A stretch of DNA of 64,000 nt, from the IMG/VR virus record IMGVR_UViG_3300017970_000189; one strand, given 5' to 3'. Under the pieces are notes generated by a model, which searched no databases, was not told where the DNA came from, and worked only from the letters and a program-made list of their open reading frames with translations. Of this stretch, positions 1 to 10,215 are shown in pieces. Each line of letters starts with the position of its first letter. Position 1 is the first letter of the stretch. The position numbers and the translations under genes are program-made. This stretch comes from an uncultured virus (IMG/VR IMGVR_UViG_3300017970_000189). Lineage: Duplodnaviria > Heunggongvirae > Uroviricota > Caudoviricetes.

Positions 1-6
1 CCTTCA

Positions 7-246
7 TCACCCAAGCCGCCTCTGGATCTCGCGACCCAATTCCCTGAACTCTTCCCCGTAAATCTTCGCATCCCTCTCCCAGTCCCGCACCTGGAACTTC
101 CGGCTGTTCTTCGCCCAGTCGTCCAGCACCTTCTGGATCATCCGGAGGATCGAATCCCCGCCGAACCCCATGTCATAGAAGACGTCGGCCAGGGCGAAGA
201 GGTGCTGCCTGGCCTCCTCCCTCGTGAGCGGGACCGGATGCGCCAT
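7..246 (-). CDS. hypothetical protein
   Basis: 79 aa ORF abutting the upstream gene; protein-like composition. Confidence 0.6.
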   Translation of the reverse strand: MAHPVPLTREEARQHLFALADVFYDMGFGGDSILRMIQKVLDDWAKNSRKFQVRDWERDAKIYGEEFRELGREIQRRLG

Positions 247-564
247 CTACTTCTTGACCGGAATCAGGCAAGCTCCGGCGAACGCCAGAAGCGCGACCGC
301 TCCCACGATGTACTTCGTGGCCGGGCTCGCGGGCGCCTTCGCAGGAGCCGGAGGCGGCTGAATTGGCGCGGCGGCCGCCGGAGCGGGTGCGGGAGCCGGA
401 GCCGGCGCGGGCGCGGGCGGAGCCGCTGGCGCAGCCGCCGCGGCGCCCTGGTCCGGCGCCGGAGGCGTGGCCTGCGCCTGATAGATGAAAGCCGGTCCAG
501 AAGGATTGACCGAAGACCAGGGCTGGCCGATCACCTTCACTTCCTGAGGATGCGGGAATTGCAT
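247..564 (-). CDS. Pro/Ala-rich protein with C-terminal TM anchor (VIGQ motif)
   Basis: SD aggagag; AP linker; hydrophobic C-terminus then KK; shares QEVK(V/I)(I/V)G and QAQATPP with 586..1140. Confidence 0.75.
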   Translation of the reverse strand: MQFPHPQEVKVIGQPWSSVNPSGPAFIYQAQATPPAPDQGAAAAAPAAPPAPAPAPAPAPAPAAAAPIQPPPAPAKAPASPATKYIVGAVALLAFAGACLIPVKK

Positions 565-585
565 GGCTCTCTCCTTTTTCGAGGA

Positions 586-1140
586 CTACTTCCAAGGAAT
601 CAGGACCGCCGCGAGAAGCACCGCAGCGGCGATTCCCCCGGTGATGTACAGCGACTTTGAGCTTCCCACGGCAGCCGGAGCCTTCGGTGCAGGAGCCGGA
701 GCCGCGCCGCCGCCAGTGGGCACGTTCGGCGCGCAGCCGGTCGGCGTCTGCGTGGTCCCCGCGGGGCACGGACCTACGAACTCATCCGGCGCAGGAGCCG
801 TAGGAGGCGTCGCCTGAGCCTGAAAGACCGTCTCATAGGTCTGGTAGCGTCCGGTCTGCCCTTTGCCGGGAGAAATGGCTGGACCCCAGGGAGGAACCCC
901 ATAGCGGCCGGCCTGCCCCTCGGCTGCATAGACGGCCTCAGCCGTATAAATGGGCTTAGTGCCATACTGAGCGCCCTGGTGCTGAACCGGGACATACGGC
1001 ACTCTTTGCCATGCCCCATTCACATAGATCCTCGTATACATCGGCGGTGGGCCACTTTGTTGGGCCGGGGTCGCAGGCGCCCCCATGCCCACGATTTTCA
1101 CTTCCTGAAACATCGGACTCCACATGACCATCCTCCTCAT
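586..1140 (-). CDS. Pro-rich protein with C-terminal TM anchor and CPxGTTxTPxGC minidomain
   Basis: TM LYITGGIAAAVLLAAVLIPWK; start may be a few codons downstream. Confidence 0.75.
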   Translation of the reverse strand: MRRMVMWSPMFQEVKIVGMGAPATPAQQSGPPPMYTRIYVNGAWQRVPYVPVQHQGAQYGTKPIYTAEAVYAAEGQAGRYGVPPWGPAISPGKGQTGRYQTYETVFQAQATPPTAPAPDEFVGPCPAGTTQTPTGCAPNVPTGGGAAPAPAPKAPAAVGSSKSLYITGGIAAAVLLAAVLIPWK

Positions 1141-1158
1141 TCCCCGAAGGGCAAAATT

Positions 1159-1497
1159 TTACAGAAGCGCCCGGCGTCCCAGACCCGGCGCGAGCCGGAT
1201 CCCCGCCATCCCGGCCTGCTGCCGCTGACATTGCTGAAGATTGAGCAGGGCCTGCTGGTAATTGGCCTTTGCCGTATTCCAGGCCTGTTCCACGCTATTA
1301 AGCTGCGGAGCCAAGCCGTTCACCGTGTCCGTATCTCCGGCCGCCGTCGCCGCCTTGACCTGGGCGGCGTAATTCGCGAGCTGATTCCCTGCATCATCGA
1401 CATCGGCCTGGGCCGCAGACAGGAGCGCCTCGTAGGCCGCGCATGGCAGATTGGGGATCGCCTGTCCCAGGCCTCCCATGACGAAGATCGTCCGCAT
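1159..1497 (-). CDS. helical/coiled-coil protein (GLGQ motif)
   Basis: SD gagag; Ala/Gln-rich helix flanked by two Cys. Confidence 0.7.
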   Translation of the reverse strand: MRTIFVMGGLGQAIPNLPCAAYEALLSAAQADVDDAGNQLANYAAQVKAATAAGDTDTVNGLAPQLNSVEQAWNTAKANYQQALLNLQQCQRQQAGMAGIRLAPGLGRRALL

Positions 1498-1506
1498 GGA
1501 GCTCTC

Positions 1507-1788
1507 CTAGAGAATTTTCATGAGAATGATTCCTCCCAGGATCACCGCGCCTCCGATCACGACGGTCTGCGCGGGGATTCCATAGATCTTCCCCGGGACC
1601 TGGACCCCGACGATGGGCACCGTATAAGGCGCCTCCCCCGGGGCCGCATGGACTGGCGGAGCTCCTCCCCCTCCTGCACCCTGCTGGCCGGGCATCTGAT
1701 CCCGCGGCGTGGGAACGAGCGGGGCGATCTGTCCCATCCAGGGGGAAGAGCGCGGTCCCCTGAAATCTCCGACGTACATCGCGTTCAT
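1507..1788 (-). CDS. small TM-anchored protein (WMGQ motif)
   Basis: ATGA overlap with upstream gene; hydrophobic C-terminus. Confidence 0.7.
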   Translation of the reverse strand: MNAMYVGDFRGPRSSPWMGQIAPLVPTPRDQMPGQQGAGGGGAPPVHAAPGEAPYTVPIVGVQVPGKIYGIPAQTVVIGGAVILGGIILMKIL

Positions 1789-2282
1789 CTTTGGAGGCCC
1801 TTATAAATGAGTCCCGCTCCGCCGATCAGCGCGGCTCCCGAGGCAAGAGCCTGAGTCGTCGTCTTTTCCTGCGCGAAGAGCCGCGTCCCCAGCCCTACGA
1901 GAGCAAGACCGATCCCCCCGAAGATCATCGTCAGATCCGCCTGCTTGGGAGCGAGCGCCGCGGCGATGTCCTTGGCCGCCGGGGTCGGCGCCGGCGTCCC
2001 GGCCGGAAGCGGAGGCGGCACCGAAGACTGTCCGATCCCCTTGGGCTCGATAAACAGCATCTTCTGCCGATCCGCCTCCCGCACCCGGTCCTGCGCCTGC
2101 ATCTCGAGGATGTCCGATGGCGCGATCGGCGCACCCTTCGCCTCAAGCGGCTTTCTCACCGAAGTCGGCCAGATGCCGAAGGGAGGCGGTCCGTAGACGT
2201 GCGGCCCGGGAGGGATCGGATCCGCATACTGTACGAACCCACCCATCCAGCCGCTCCTTTGGAACAAATCTATCCCGGGCAT
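1785..2282 (-). CDS. Pro-rich two-TM membrane protein (GIGQ motif)
   Basis: SD aaggaag; two Gly-rich hydrophobic segments at C-terminus. Confidence 0.7.
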   Translation of the reverse strand: MPGIDLFQRSGWMGGFVQYADPIPPGPHVYGPPPFGIWPTSVRKPLEAKGAPIAPSDILEMQAQDRVREADRQKMLFIEPKGIGQSSVPPPLPAGTPAPTPAAKDIAAALAPKQADLTMIFGGIGLALVGLGTRLFAQEKTTTQALASGAALIGGAGLIYKGLQR

Positions 2283-2293
2283 CGGCGTCTTCC

Positions 2294-2575
2294 TTAAAGC
2301 TGAATGAGAGGCCCGACTGTGCCTTTCCCGTAATCAATGTACTGTGCGGTCTGGTCCGCGTAGACGATGTATTCCCCGGACGTATTCACCTTGATGATCT
2401 TCGGATACGTCCCCACCCAGCCTGGCTGGACAGGCTGAAGCCTGAGAAGATCCCGCGCCTGCTGCTCGATCTGCTCCTGCGTCAGGTTGATATGGAGCGG
2501 ACCGACTCCCTGGCCCTGTCCCATAAAGGAAAACGGATTTCCACCAAAACCCATCTCAAAAAAGCTCCGTGACAT
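2294..2575 (-). CDS. hypothetical protein with MSRSFFEMGF leader and FMGQ motif
   Basis: start reassigned to ATG 2575 (SD ggag); leader resembles those of 59851..60405 and 60402..60812. Confidence 0.7.
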   Translation of the reverse strand: MSRSFFEMGFGGNPFSFMGQGQGVGPLHINLTQEQIEQQARDLLRLQPVQPGWVGTYPKIIKVNTSGEYIVYADQTAQYIDYGKGTVGPLIQL

Positions 2576-2577
2576 AG

Positions 2578-3297
2578 CTACTCCGGTATCTCCACGGTCG
2601 GAAGTTTTCCTTGGATCCTCGAGAGAACCTGGAGGAACATCCTCCCTTCCCGAATCATGTGAAGCGCCAGGACCGGGTGGATGATGGACTCCACCTGGGC
2701 CGTCCCGATCCCATTCTGGGTGAAATATTTGTCGAGCAGGATCCCCGCCTTCTGCGAGAGCACGATGAACCCCTGCTCCATCGATTGGCAGCCCGACTCC
2801 AGGTCCTCCAGTTTTTCTTGAAGGGCTTCCGCCTGCTTGATCAGGAGCTTTTCTTCCGGGTCGAGCAGATGCGCCGTAAACGCCGCGTGATCCGCCATGA
2901 ACCCCAGCCACGCGCAGAGCTCGTCCGACGCCTGAGCTAAGCCCGCCTTCTTGGACACCACCGTGAGACTCGTCATGAAATAATCGAGTTCGTCCCGCCA
3001 GTGCCTGACCATTGAGGCGAAGAGCCACCCCAGCCATTCCCCGGCCTGGAGGCGACCATAAACCCGGGTCTTGAACTGCCGGAGCTGATTGGCGAGGGGC
3101 TTTACCATTTCGACAAGGGATACCTCATCCGAAGGAGAGGCCTGAGCGGGAAGAGAGGTCCTAAACGCTTCCCAGTCGGAATGCAGTTTCTGTGCCTGGT
3201 TTTTCAGATCCTGGGGATCCAGACCGAGTTGCAAAAACAGGCAGTGTTCACTCATCTGGCGCGACCAGAATCGGACGAGTTCGAGCGTATTGGCCAT
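2578..3297 (-). CDS. DUF2935-like protein (duplicated helical His/Glu repeat)
   Basis: FWxxQMxEH...ELDYF and WLxFMADHA...HxxRE repeats; start reassigned to ATG 3297. Confidence 0.7.
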   Translation of the reverse strand: MANTLELVRFWSRQMSEHCLFLQLGLDPQDLKNQAQKLHSDWEAFRTSLPAQASPSDEVSLVEMVKPLANQLRQFKTRVYGRLQAGEWLGWLFASMVRHWRDELDYFMTSLTVVSKKAGLAQASDELCAWLGFMADHAAFTAHLLDPEEKLLIKQAEALQEKLEDLESGCQSMEQGFIVLSQKAGILLDKYFTQNGIGTAQVESIIHPVLALHMIREGRMFLQVLSRIQGKLPTVEIPE

Positions 3298-3737
3298 CAG
3301 AAGCTCCGCGCTCCAGGAACAGCCGTTACGCCAGGGGCCGCAGGAACCGGTTCCGGAACCGTTACCGGTGCTTTGGGACAGCCTTCCGGAGGATGGACGC
3401 CGGCGATCCGCTTTCCAACGCTGATCAAGTCGGCTATTCCGGCCAGACCGTTTCCTACGGCCAGAATCCAGGCGATCCCCGAAACCCACCGGTTCTTTTC
3501 CTTCAGGCCCACGGAAATGCCCAGCCATGTGGTGCCGCCGTGGAACAGCAGACGAAGGACATCCCCCATATAGGATGGCCAACCCATGATCTGATCAAAA
3601 GTCTGCCCAATCCGAGGATGGCCGCCGCTCAAATCAGGATGTGAAATATCGGTCAATAGCGAAATGCTTCGAACTGCCGACACCAGGGGCACCTGCCCCA
3701 GGAAAGGTTTCTGGACTGGTGGTCGATAATTTAACAC
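3297..3737 (-). CDS. membrane protein, WxGxxxGL(K/R)EK hairpin family (FLGQ, RIGQ)
   Basis: TWLGISVGLKEKNRWVSGIAW. Confidence 0.7.
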   Translation of the reverse strand: MLNYRPPVQKPFLGQVPLVSAVRSISLLTDISHPDLSGGHPRIGQTFDQIMGWPSYMGDVLRLLFHGGTTWLGISVGLKEKNRWVSGIAWILAVGNGLAGIADLISVGKRIAGVHPPEGCPKAPVTVPEPVPAAPGVTAVPGARSF

Positions 3738-3889
3738 GGGATTCTGATATTCACAGGATCATCGCACTGAGCCCCGTCAGACGACGAAAGCCCCGTGCCC
3801 AAGGATTTCCGACGGGATACATAGCCCCTCCCAAAAAGATGAGCCAAACTAGGACGGCAGGAGGGGGAGAAGATAGAGCCGTCTGACTA

Positions 3890-4086
3890 TAAAATTTACC
3901 CGAGAACCCTCCAAAATACAAGCCTTAGAACTTATGCTCCTGACTACCTCAGAAGACTTGTTGAAAAAGGAAATTTTTATTATAGTCTATAAAAGTAAAC
4001 GCCGGGTATTCTCGAGATACCCGTAAATGTACATCCAAGCGCGTTTTTCTTTGAAAATCAGGCCTCTAAAAGGCTTTATTCGAATG
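3890..4086 (+). promoter_or_regulatory. AT-rich CRISPR leader with candidate sigma70 promoter
   Basis: AT-rich stretch before repeat 1; TTGTTG(3958)-17 nt-TATAGT(3981). Confidence 0.55.
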
Positions 4087-5422
4087 GTCTTTTCTCCATC
4101 TATGGAGATCACCCGGCCGGCTGATAATTCAGTACGCAACCTCCAGTCTTCTCCACACCCACGGAGATCGCCCCCGGATCCGCAGCCATCCGAACCTCGA
4201 GCGATGGTCTTCTCCCTACGCCCGGAGATCAACCTCCCTTGAACCCAACGATCGCGGGCATGTACTGGTCTTCTCCATATGCACGGAGATCGCCCCGTCG
4301 TCCGACTTCAATGGATAGCGTGCCGGAGTTTTCTCCATACGCACGGAGATCGCCCGCAGGTTAGCCTAACACCCTACGAGACTCCCACACCTTCTTCCTC
4401 GCACGAAGATCACCCCAGCACTAGCGTGGTCATACACCACCCCTTCGGCCTTCTCCTCACACACAGAGATCCTTCGGTCGCGAGCAGCTCCTGCATGCAC
4501 TCCGCCTCGTTTTCTCCACTCGCGCGGAGATCAACCTCCCTCGAGCTTTTCCGCTTCCATGCTGGTGAGGTCTTCTCCATGCGCACGGAGATCACCCCTT
4601 CGAACCTTGGCCTCCAACCTCTACGACTTTGTCTTCTCACTTAGAGATTGTCCACACCGAGGCGTAACCGGACGGTCTCTCCAGTCGCCTTCTCCAAATA
4701 CATGGAGATCATTCTGCGGCTGAATAGCCGATGTACCCCTTAAAATCACCTTCTCCCACAGCCGGAGATCGCCCCCATCGCCCCTGGGAAGCCTTCTCCT
4801 CTCCTTCTATCTTCTCCCTCACGCGGAGATCACCCAACCGCCAGCACCGGCCGCGATCAGCCACGCGAGTCTTTTCCCACGCGCGGAGATCACCCTGGAA
4901 CGGCTTGGGCGGAATGGCTCTAAGTTTTCTCCAGACTCGCGGAGATCACCCGGTGTTTCGCTTTACGAAGTCCGGATTCAGGACATCTTCTCCACCTGAA
5001 GATTCCCCTGGCGGACCGCTTAATGTTAGTGAACCCCTCGACTCTTCTCTCCGCATCTCCGGAGATCCCCCCGCCTCCTACGCCTTGACGCTGATCAGCG
5101 GATTTTTTCTCTCGAAGCAGAGATTATCCAGGCGTCGGCAATAGACCGGCCGTTTACCGGAAGCTTTCTCCCGTACGGAGATGACCCCTCGTGATTCCTT
5201 GGCCTACCGCTCGCCTAGTTTCCTTCTCTGGTTACAGAGATTTTCCTGCGCGAATCGACCGCGTGGACCTTGGAAACCTCGTTTCTCCAGACGTGGAGAT
5301 CCTCCTGCGGACATCCTGACGTTATTCGGAGTGCGTGTGTTTATTCTCTACTCGAGAGATAATCCTTGGCCCATACAGGCGAGCGGCGCAGACGTGATCC
5401 CTTCTCCTTACGGAGATTTATC
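4087..5422 (+). CRISPR. orphan type I-E-like CRISPR array, 23 degenerate repeats and 22 spacers
   Basis: consensus about GTCTTCTCCACNCGCACGGAGATCACCC; period about 55-61 nt; starts near 4087,4146,4207,4268,4328,4389,4448,4509,4570,4631,4687,4748,4809,4869,4924,4985,5043,5103,5163,5221,5280,5341,5399; spacers unique, mostly 32-33 nt. Confidence 0.88.
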
Positions 5423-5723
5423 TCAGCGAGACGATCCCGACGATCGCCGCGACAAGAACTCCCCCGGCAATATATACCCCGAGCGGGATGTTCTTGGTCG
5501 ATGGCGTGGGCGCCGGCGCGGGAGCCGGTTGAGGCGTCTGGGCCTGGCTGAGCACTGGAGGCTGCTGCCACGCAGGCGCCGGAAGCGCCCGATTCAGCGA
5601 TGCAAACACCTTGTGAGGGTTGTTCCACAGTCCCGAAGTGGCGGCCTGCATCGCTCCCCCATAAGAATCCGAAGAAGGGGGGAGGAGATTCAGGATTCTA
5701 TACGCCCATGAATTATTTAGCAA
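5418..5723 (-). CDS. small TM-anchored Pro-rich protein (VLSQ motif)
   Basis: PAPAP linker and C-terminal TM. Confidence 0.7.
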   Translation of the reverse strand: MLNNSWAYRILNLLPPSSDSYGGAMQAATSGLWNNPHKVFASLNRALPAPAWQQPPVLSQAQTPQPAPAPAPTPSTKNIPLGVYIAGGVLVAAIVGIVSLR

Positions 5724-5733
5724 GACCTATTTT

Positions 5734-6624
5734 TCACGGAAACTTCGGCCAGACCACGTCCTTCAGCACCGGCCGATGCTCCCGCTCGACATTTCCCATC
5801 AGCACGTCGAACACAAACCCCACGTCCAAAGCCGTCTTCCCGCTCTGCCAGATCCGCCATGCCAGGGGTTTTGCGGTACCTCCACAAGCCAGGAGCGCCA
5901 CGTCGAAATCCATCCTGGCCGCCTCCCCAAGCACCCGCTCGTAATCCGCCCAGGCTCCCCCCGCCTCCCGCGGCTTCGTCTGAATCACCCCGGCAACCTT
6001 CAATTGGTCAATCGGCCCGAGGAACGCATAAGCATCCAAGAATGCTTTTACCTTAAAACACTCGGAAAGCCTCCAGGCGGTCGAACCGATGAAGATCACC
6101 TTCTTGCCCGCCAGATACCGAAACAGCGTCCCGTCGACGAGAAGCTGATAGGGAAGATGCGCCTCCACCCCGGTCGGCGCCGGAAGAGGCATCCCGAGCA
6201 TATAAAGCAGCATCGCCGTCTTCACCGTGATCGGCGCCCAGTTCTGCTGAAGCCCCAGGAGCTCCGCTTCCCGCACCGCACTCACGAAATCCTTCCGGAG
6301 CGGAAACGCCTTTCTGGAGAATCCGGCGAAGCCGAACTGGGTATTCAGATCATGATGGATCGGGACGAATCCGGCGCCCAAGAGCCCGATCTCGCAGTCC
6401 CCGACCCTAATCAGGCAAAACGGATCCTTGCACTCGAGGAATCTTCGCTCTCCGGCATGAAGCTGGGGTGCCATCCCGAACCCATGGCCGTAAGGGATGA
6501 GCCGCGTTCCCGCCCCCGCCGACTCCGCGAAGAGCTCGTCGATCGGGCGCCGCTCGTCCGACGAAAGCTCATCCGCCCACGCCCGCAGCCCCAGGAATTG
6601 CTCTACCGCCATCCCTTTCCCCAC
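5734..6624 (-). CDS. GT-D fold (DUF1792-like) glycosyltransferase domain protein
   Basis: IRVGDCE; DFDVALLACGGTAKPLA...GKTALDVG. Confidence 0.65.
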   Translation of the reverse strand: MGKGMAVEQFLGLRAWADELSSDERRPIDELFAESAGAGTRLIPYGHGFGMAPQLHAGERRFLECKDPFCLIRVGDCEIGLLGAGFVPIHHDLNTQFGFAGFSRKAFPLRKDFVSAVREAELLGLQQNWAPITVKTAMLLYMLGMPLPAPTGVEAHLPYQLLVDGTLFRYLAGKKVIFIGSTAWRLSECFKVKAFLDAYAFLGPIDQLKVAGVIQTKPREAGGAWADYERVLGEAARMDFDVALLACGGTAKPLAWRIWQSGKTALDVGFVFDVLMGNVEREHRPVLKDVVWPKFP

Positions 6625-6630
6625 TCCCCT

Positions 6631-6822
6631 CTAGGAGACCTTCTTCAGCCCGCCTTTTTTGTGTTTCACCACCGTCCCATCCCGGGCCCGCTGCTGGGTC
6701 GGTCGCCAAGCCGTGAACTTATCCACGTACTTGGGAACAATCTCCGCGTGTCCGTTCTTCCAGGTGCTCCAGTACACGTAACAGTGAAGGAAATGATCCC
6801 AATGCACAGTGTTCTCGTGCAT
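6631..6822 (-). CDS. hypothetical protein
   Basis: 63 aa; TAATG coupling to the upstream gene. Confidence 0.5.
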   Translation of the reverse strand: MHENTVHWDHFLHCYVYWSTWKNGHAEIVPKYVDKFTAWRPTQQRARDGTVVKHKKGGLKKVS

Positions 6823-7916
6823 TACTTCGCCGCCTTCCTCTCCTCGAGCGCCGCTTGGACCCGGGCGTTTTCCCCATTACAGAAATCCAGGACATCCTGG
6901 AGCGCCGAACCGTCCCACACTCCCTGCACGTTCAAATGGAAATCCGGCTTCGCCGTGGCCGGGATCGCGAAGGCCTTCTCGATGGTCTCGATTGCATCGT
7001 CGAGGCGCATGACCTTGATGAGCCCGATCGCCTTGTAATAGAGGATTTCCCGCCGCTCCGGAGCTTCCTGGAGTGCATCGTCGAAGAACTGCTCGGCCAT
7101 GTCGTACCGGCCCATGCAAGAATGGCAGCGCCCGAGCAGCATCAAGGTCTCGCTTCGGTCCATCCGATCCGTCTTCACCATGTCGTGATAAAACTTAAGA
7201 TATTTCGCCGCGCTCTGCCAATCCTCCCGGGCAAAGAACTCCATCCCAAGCTGGCGGCTGTTCCGGACGTATTCCGGACTTTCCTTGACCGAGATCTGGA
7301 GCAAATCCAGGTTCTGCTGGTGCCGGGCCGCCTTGTTGGCCGACGGAATATGCTCGATCACCGCCTCCGGCAGATTCTCCACCGTCATCGGCTCCCGCTT
7401 GCACATCAGCACCTCGTGGACCCGGTATTTCCATTCCCAGCGCCCATGCCGGAACACCTTCAGCTTCATCAGGCTTCCCGGATTCTGCTTATTCTCGTCG
7501 TAAAGCGTGAAGGTCACGTTGAATCCCACCGCCTTGGGCTTCTGCCAGAATGCCTTCCGGATAATGTCGATCGACCCTTCCTTCACCACCTCGTCCGCAT
7601 CGATCGTGAGCGCCCAGTCCTGCTTCACGAACTGAAGCGCAAAATTCCGGGCCACCGAGAAATCAAACGGCTCGATCTTGGGCGCGATCTTGACGTCCGA
7701 CGTGAAGCTCTTCGCGATCTCCACCGTCCGATCCGTCGAGCCTGTGTCCGCAACCACGATCTGATCGACCCTCTCCAGGCTCTTGAGACACCGCTCGAGC
7801 ACCTCCTCCTCGTTCTTCACAATCAAGACCGCCGCGATGCCGTTCCTGCTGCCCTTCGCCGGCTTGTCCGGCTTCTGCCGATGCCAGGAATTCACCCTCG
7901 GCTTGTAGCTGCTCAC
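6822..7916 (-). CDS. GT2 glycosyltransferase with C-terminal TPRs (SunS-like)
   Basis: IVKNEE, DTGSTD, DFSVARN, IDADE, RVHE motifs followed by TPR helices. Confidence 0.88.
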   Translation of the reverse strand: MSSYKPRVNSWHRQKPDKPAKGSRNGIAAVLIVKNEEEVLERCLKSLERVDQIVVADTGSTDRTVEIAKSFTSDVKIAPKIEPFDFSVARNFALQFVKQDWALTIDADEVVKEGSIDIIRKAFWQKPKAVGFNVTFTLYDENKQNPGSLMKLKVFRHGRWEWKYRVHEVLMCKREPMTVENLPEAVIEHIPSANKAARHQQNLDLLQISVKESPEYVRNSRQLGMEFFAREDWQSAAKYLKFYHDMVKTDRMDRSETLMLLGRCHSCMGRYDMAEQFFDDALQEAPERREILYYKAIGLIKVMRLDDAIETIEKAFAIPATAKPDFHLNVQGVWDGSALQDVLDFCNGENARVQAALEERKAAK

Positions 7917-8779
7917 GCCAGGATCTCCTTGAGGTAGGTGCCGTACGAATTCCCCGCGTACTTATTCGCCAGCTCGGCAAGCTGTTCCGCCTTGATGAAA
8001 CCCTTCCGATAGGCCACTTCCTCCGGACAGCCAACCATCATGCCCTGGCGATCCTGGATCGCCTGGACAAAATTGCTCGCCTGAAGAAGGCTTTCATGCG
8101 TCCCGGCATCCAACCATGCCGTTCCACGGCCGAGGCGATGGACCTTGAGAAGCTTCTCTTCCAGGTAAATCCGGTTGATATCCGTGATCTCGAGCTCTCC
8201 CCGAAGCGACGGCTTAAGATCGGCCGCCATGCCTACGACTCGATTGTCATAGAAATAAAGCCCAGGAACCGCCAGCTTTGACCTCGGATTTTTTGGCTTT
8301 TCCTCGATCGCGATGGGCAATCCATAGGGATCCAGCTCCACAACTCCGTACCTTTCCGGATCCTTCACCTCATATCCGAAGATGACCGCCCCCATCTCGG
8401 CTTTCTGAACCGCACCTTCGATCTGCTTGGTCAAGTCGTGGCCGAAGAACAAATTATCGCCGAGACATAAAGAGACCGGATCTCTTCCAATGAACTTCTT
8501 CCCGACGATGAAGGCGTCGGCCAGTCCTCGCGGCGCAGTCTGCTCCGCATAGGTGAAGTTCATCCCCCATTGCCTGCCATCTCCAAGAAGTCTCCGATAC
8601 TGAGGAAGATCCTCGGTGCTCGAGATGACCAGGATCTCTCGAATCCCACCCAACATGAGCGTGGTAATCGGGTAATAGATCATGGGCTTGTCGTAAATCG
8701 GCAGGGCCTGTTTCGAAATGGCCAGGGTCACCGGATAAAGCCGCGTCCCCTTCCCTCCGGCCAAAATAATCCCCTTCAT
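7913..8779 (-). CDS. rfbA: glucose-1-phosphate thymidylyltransferase
   Basis: [39 protein letters not shown]. Confidence 0.97.
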   Translation of the reverse strand: MKGIILAGGKGTRLYPVTLAISKQALPIYDKPMIYYPITTLMLGGIREILVISSTEDLPQYRRLLGDGRQWGMNFTYAEQTAPRGLADAFIVGKKFIGRDPVSLCLGDNLFFGHDLTKQIEGAVQKAEMGAVIFGYEVKDPERYGVVELDPYGLPIAIEEKPKNPRSKLAVPGLYFYDNRVVGMAADLKPSLRGELEITDINRIYLEEKLLKVHRLGRGTAWLDAGTHESLLQASNFVQAIQDRQGMMVGCPEEVAYRKGFIKAEQLAELANKYAGNSYGTYLKEILA

Positions 8780-9849
8780 GCCCCCTCCCTCAGCTCATAA
8801 TTTTTCTTCATCCACTCGGCATGGCCGCCCCTCTCCCTTACCCCGGCCACCCACTTGCCGTTCGCGACGTACCACTGGATTGTCTTCTTGAGGCCTTCCC
8901 ACATCTTATGGGCCGGCTGCCACCCAAGCTTTTCGTAGATCTTCGAAAAATCGATCGCATAGCGCCGGTCATGCCCCGGCCGATCCGGGACATGCCGGAT
9001 CAGCTCCTCCCTCGGCCGGTAGCTCCCGTTCACCAGAAGAGGCTTCGTCCCATCCAGGATCGCGCACACCTGCTTCACGATCCACAGATTCTCCTTCTCG
9101 CAATCTCCCCCCACGTTGTAAGTCTCTCCAGTCTCTCCTTTCTCCAGGATCGCGAGAATCGCGTCGCAATGGTCCTCCACGTAAAGCCAGTCGCGCACCT
9201 GCTTCCCATCCCCGTAGACCGGCAGCTCCTTTCCCTCCAAGGCATGGAGCACGATGACCGGGATCAGCTTCTCCGGATACTGGAACGGCCCATAGTTGTT
9301 CGAGCAGTTCGAGATCGTCACCGGCAGCTTGTAGGTCCGGAAATAAGCCCGGACCAGGTGATCCGCCGCGGCCTTCGAGGCTGAATAAGGCGAGCTCGGA
9401 TCGTACGGAGTCGTCTCCCGGAAGGCCGGGTCCTTCGGTCCAAGCGACCCGTAGACCTCGTCTGTCGAGACGTGATGAAACCGCACGTCCTTCTTCCCTT
9501 CCCAAGCCCGCCTCGCCGCCTCGAGCAGCACGAATGTTCCCGTGATGTTCGTCCGGATGAAAGCCCCTGGATCGTGGATCGACCGGTCGACGTGCGACTC
9601 TGCCGCGAAATGCACGACAGTATCGATATTCAACTTCTGGAAGGTCCAGCCGACCTTCTCCGGATCCGCGATGTCTCCTTCGACGAAGACATACTTCCCC
9701 CGGTCGATCCCTTCGAGATTATCCAGGTTGCCGGCGTAGGTCAGGGAATCGAAGACCACCGCACAGGTATCCGGATGTTTTTCCGTCAAGCGACGCACGA
9801 AGTTCGACCCGATGAATCCCGCCCCCCCCGTAACCAGGACGTGCTTCAT
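8776..9849 (-). CDS. rfbB: dTDP-glucose 4,6-dehydratase
   Basis: [40 protein letters not shown]. Confidence 0.97.
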   Translation of the reverse strand: MKHVLVTGGAGFIGSNFVRRLTEKHPDTCAVVFDSLTYAGNLDNLEGIDRGKYVFVEGDIADPEKVGWTFQKLNIDTVVHFAAESHVDRSIHDPGAFIRTNITGTFVLLEAARRAWEGKKDVRFHHVSTDEVYGSLGPKDPAFRETTPYDPSSPYSASKAAADHLVRAYFRTYKLPVTISNCSNNYGPFQYPEKLIPVIVLHALEGKELPVYGDGKQVRDWLYVEDHCDAILAILEKGETGETYNVGGDCEKENLWIVKQVCAILDGTKPLLVNGSYRPREELIRHVPDRPGHDRRYAIDFSKIYEKLGWQPAHKMWEGLKKTIQWYVANGKWVAGVRERGGHAEWMKKNYELREGA

Positions 9850-10205
9850 CCGTTGACAACCGTACTACCTGGAGCCAGCGGCGTGGGAACGGGCGGTATG
9901 GCTCCCTGTACTCCGTATTTCGCCTTGAGCTCCTGGACGCGCGCCTCTTGCTCCTTCCGGTACCGAGCCCACTCCTCCCCATTCTTCTCCAGGCGCGCCT
10001 CCGTCTGTTTCGACTGATCGATCAATTCGCCAATCTTGTCCGTCATCCCCTTCAGGAAGCCCGAAGGATCGCCCTTCTTCCCCTTCTTCCCGATCCTCGC
10101 CACTTCCTTCCAGGTCAGCATCTTGTGCCACACCTGTTTCCTTTCCACGACCAGGATCAGGATGCCTTCGGGCATGAACTGGACGCTGACCGCCGGAATT
10201 TTCAT
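9846..10205 (-). CDS. hypothetical protein
   Basis: SD-supported ATG 10205; ATGA overlap with rfbB. Confidence 0.6.
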   Translation of the reverse strand: MKIPAVSVQFMPEGILILVVERKQVWHKMLTWKEVARIGKKGKKGDPSGFLKGMTDKIGELIDQSKQTEARLEKNGEEWARYRKEQEARVQELKAKYGVQGAIPPVPTPLAPGSTVVNG

Positions 10206-10215
10206 CTTCCCCTCC

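Noticed and set aside
3765..3820. Hairpin CCCGTC..GACGGG with GAAA as a hammerhead or riboswitch
   Set aside because: No CUGANGA core or recognisable aptamer consensus; only a single stem is supported
4115..5398. Self-targeting by spacers within this window
   Set aside because: No match noticed by eye; this was not exhaustive and needs an alignment
3987..5711. ORFs across the repeat array (3987..4232, 4279..4644, 4731..5144, 5181..5711)
   Set aside because: They translate repeat/spacer DNA; the unit length is not a constant multiple of 3
2578..6624. cas genes flanking the array
   Set aside because: The neighbours are DUF2935-like, membrane and glycosyltransferase genes; no Cas motifs recognised
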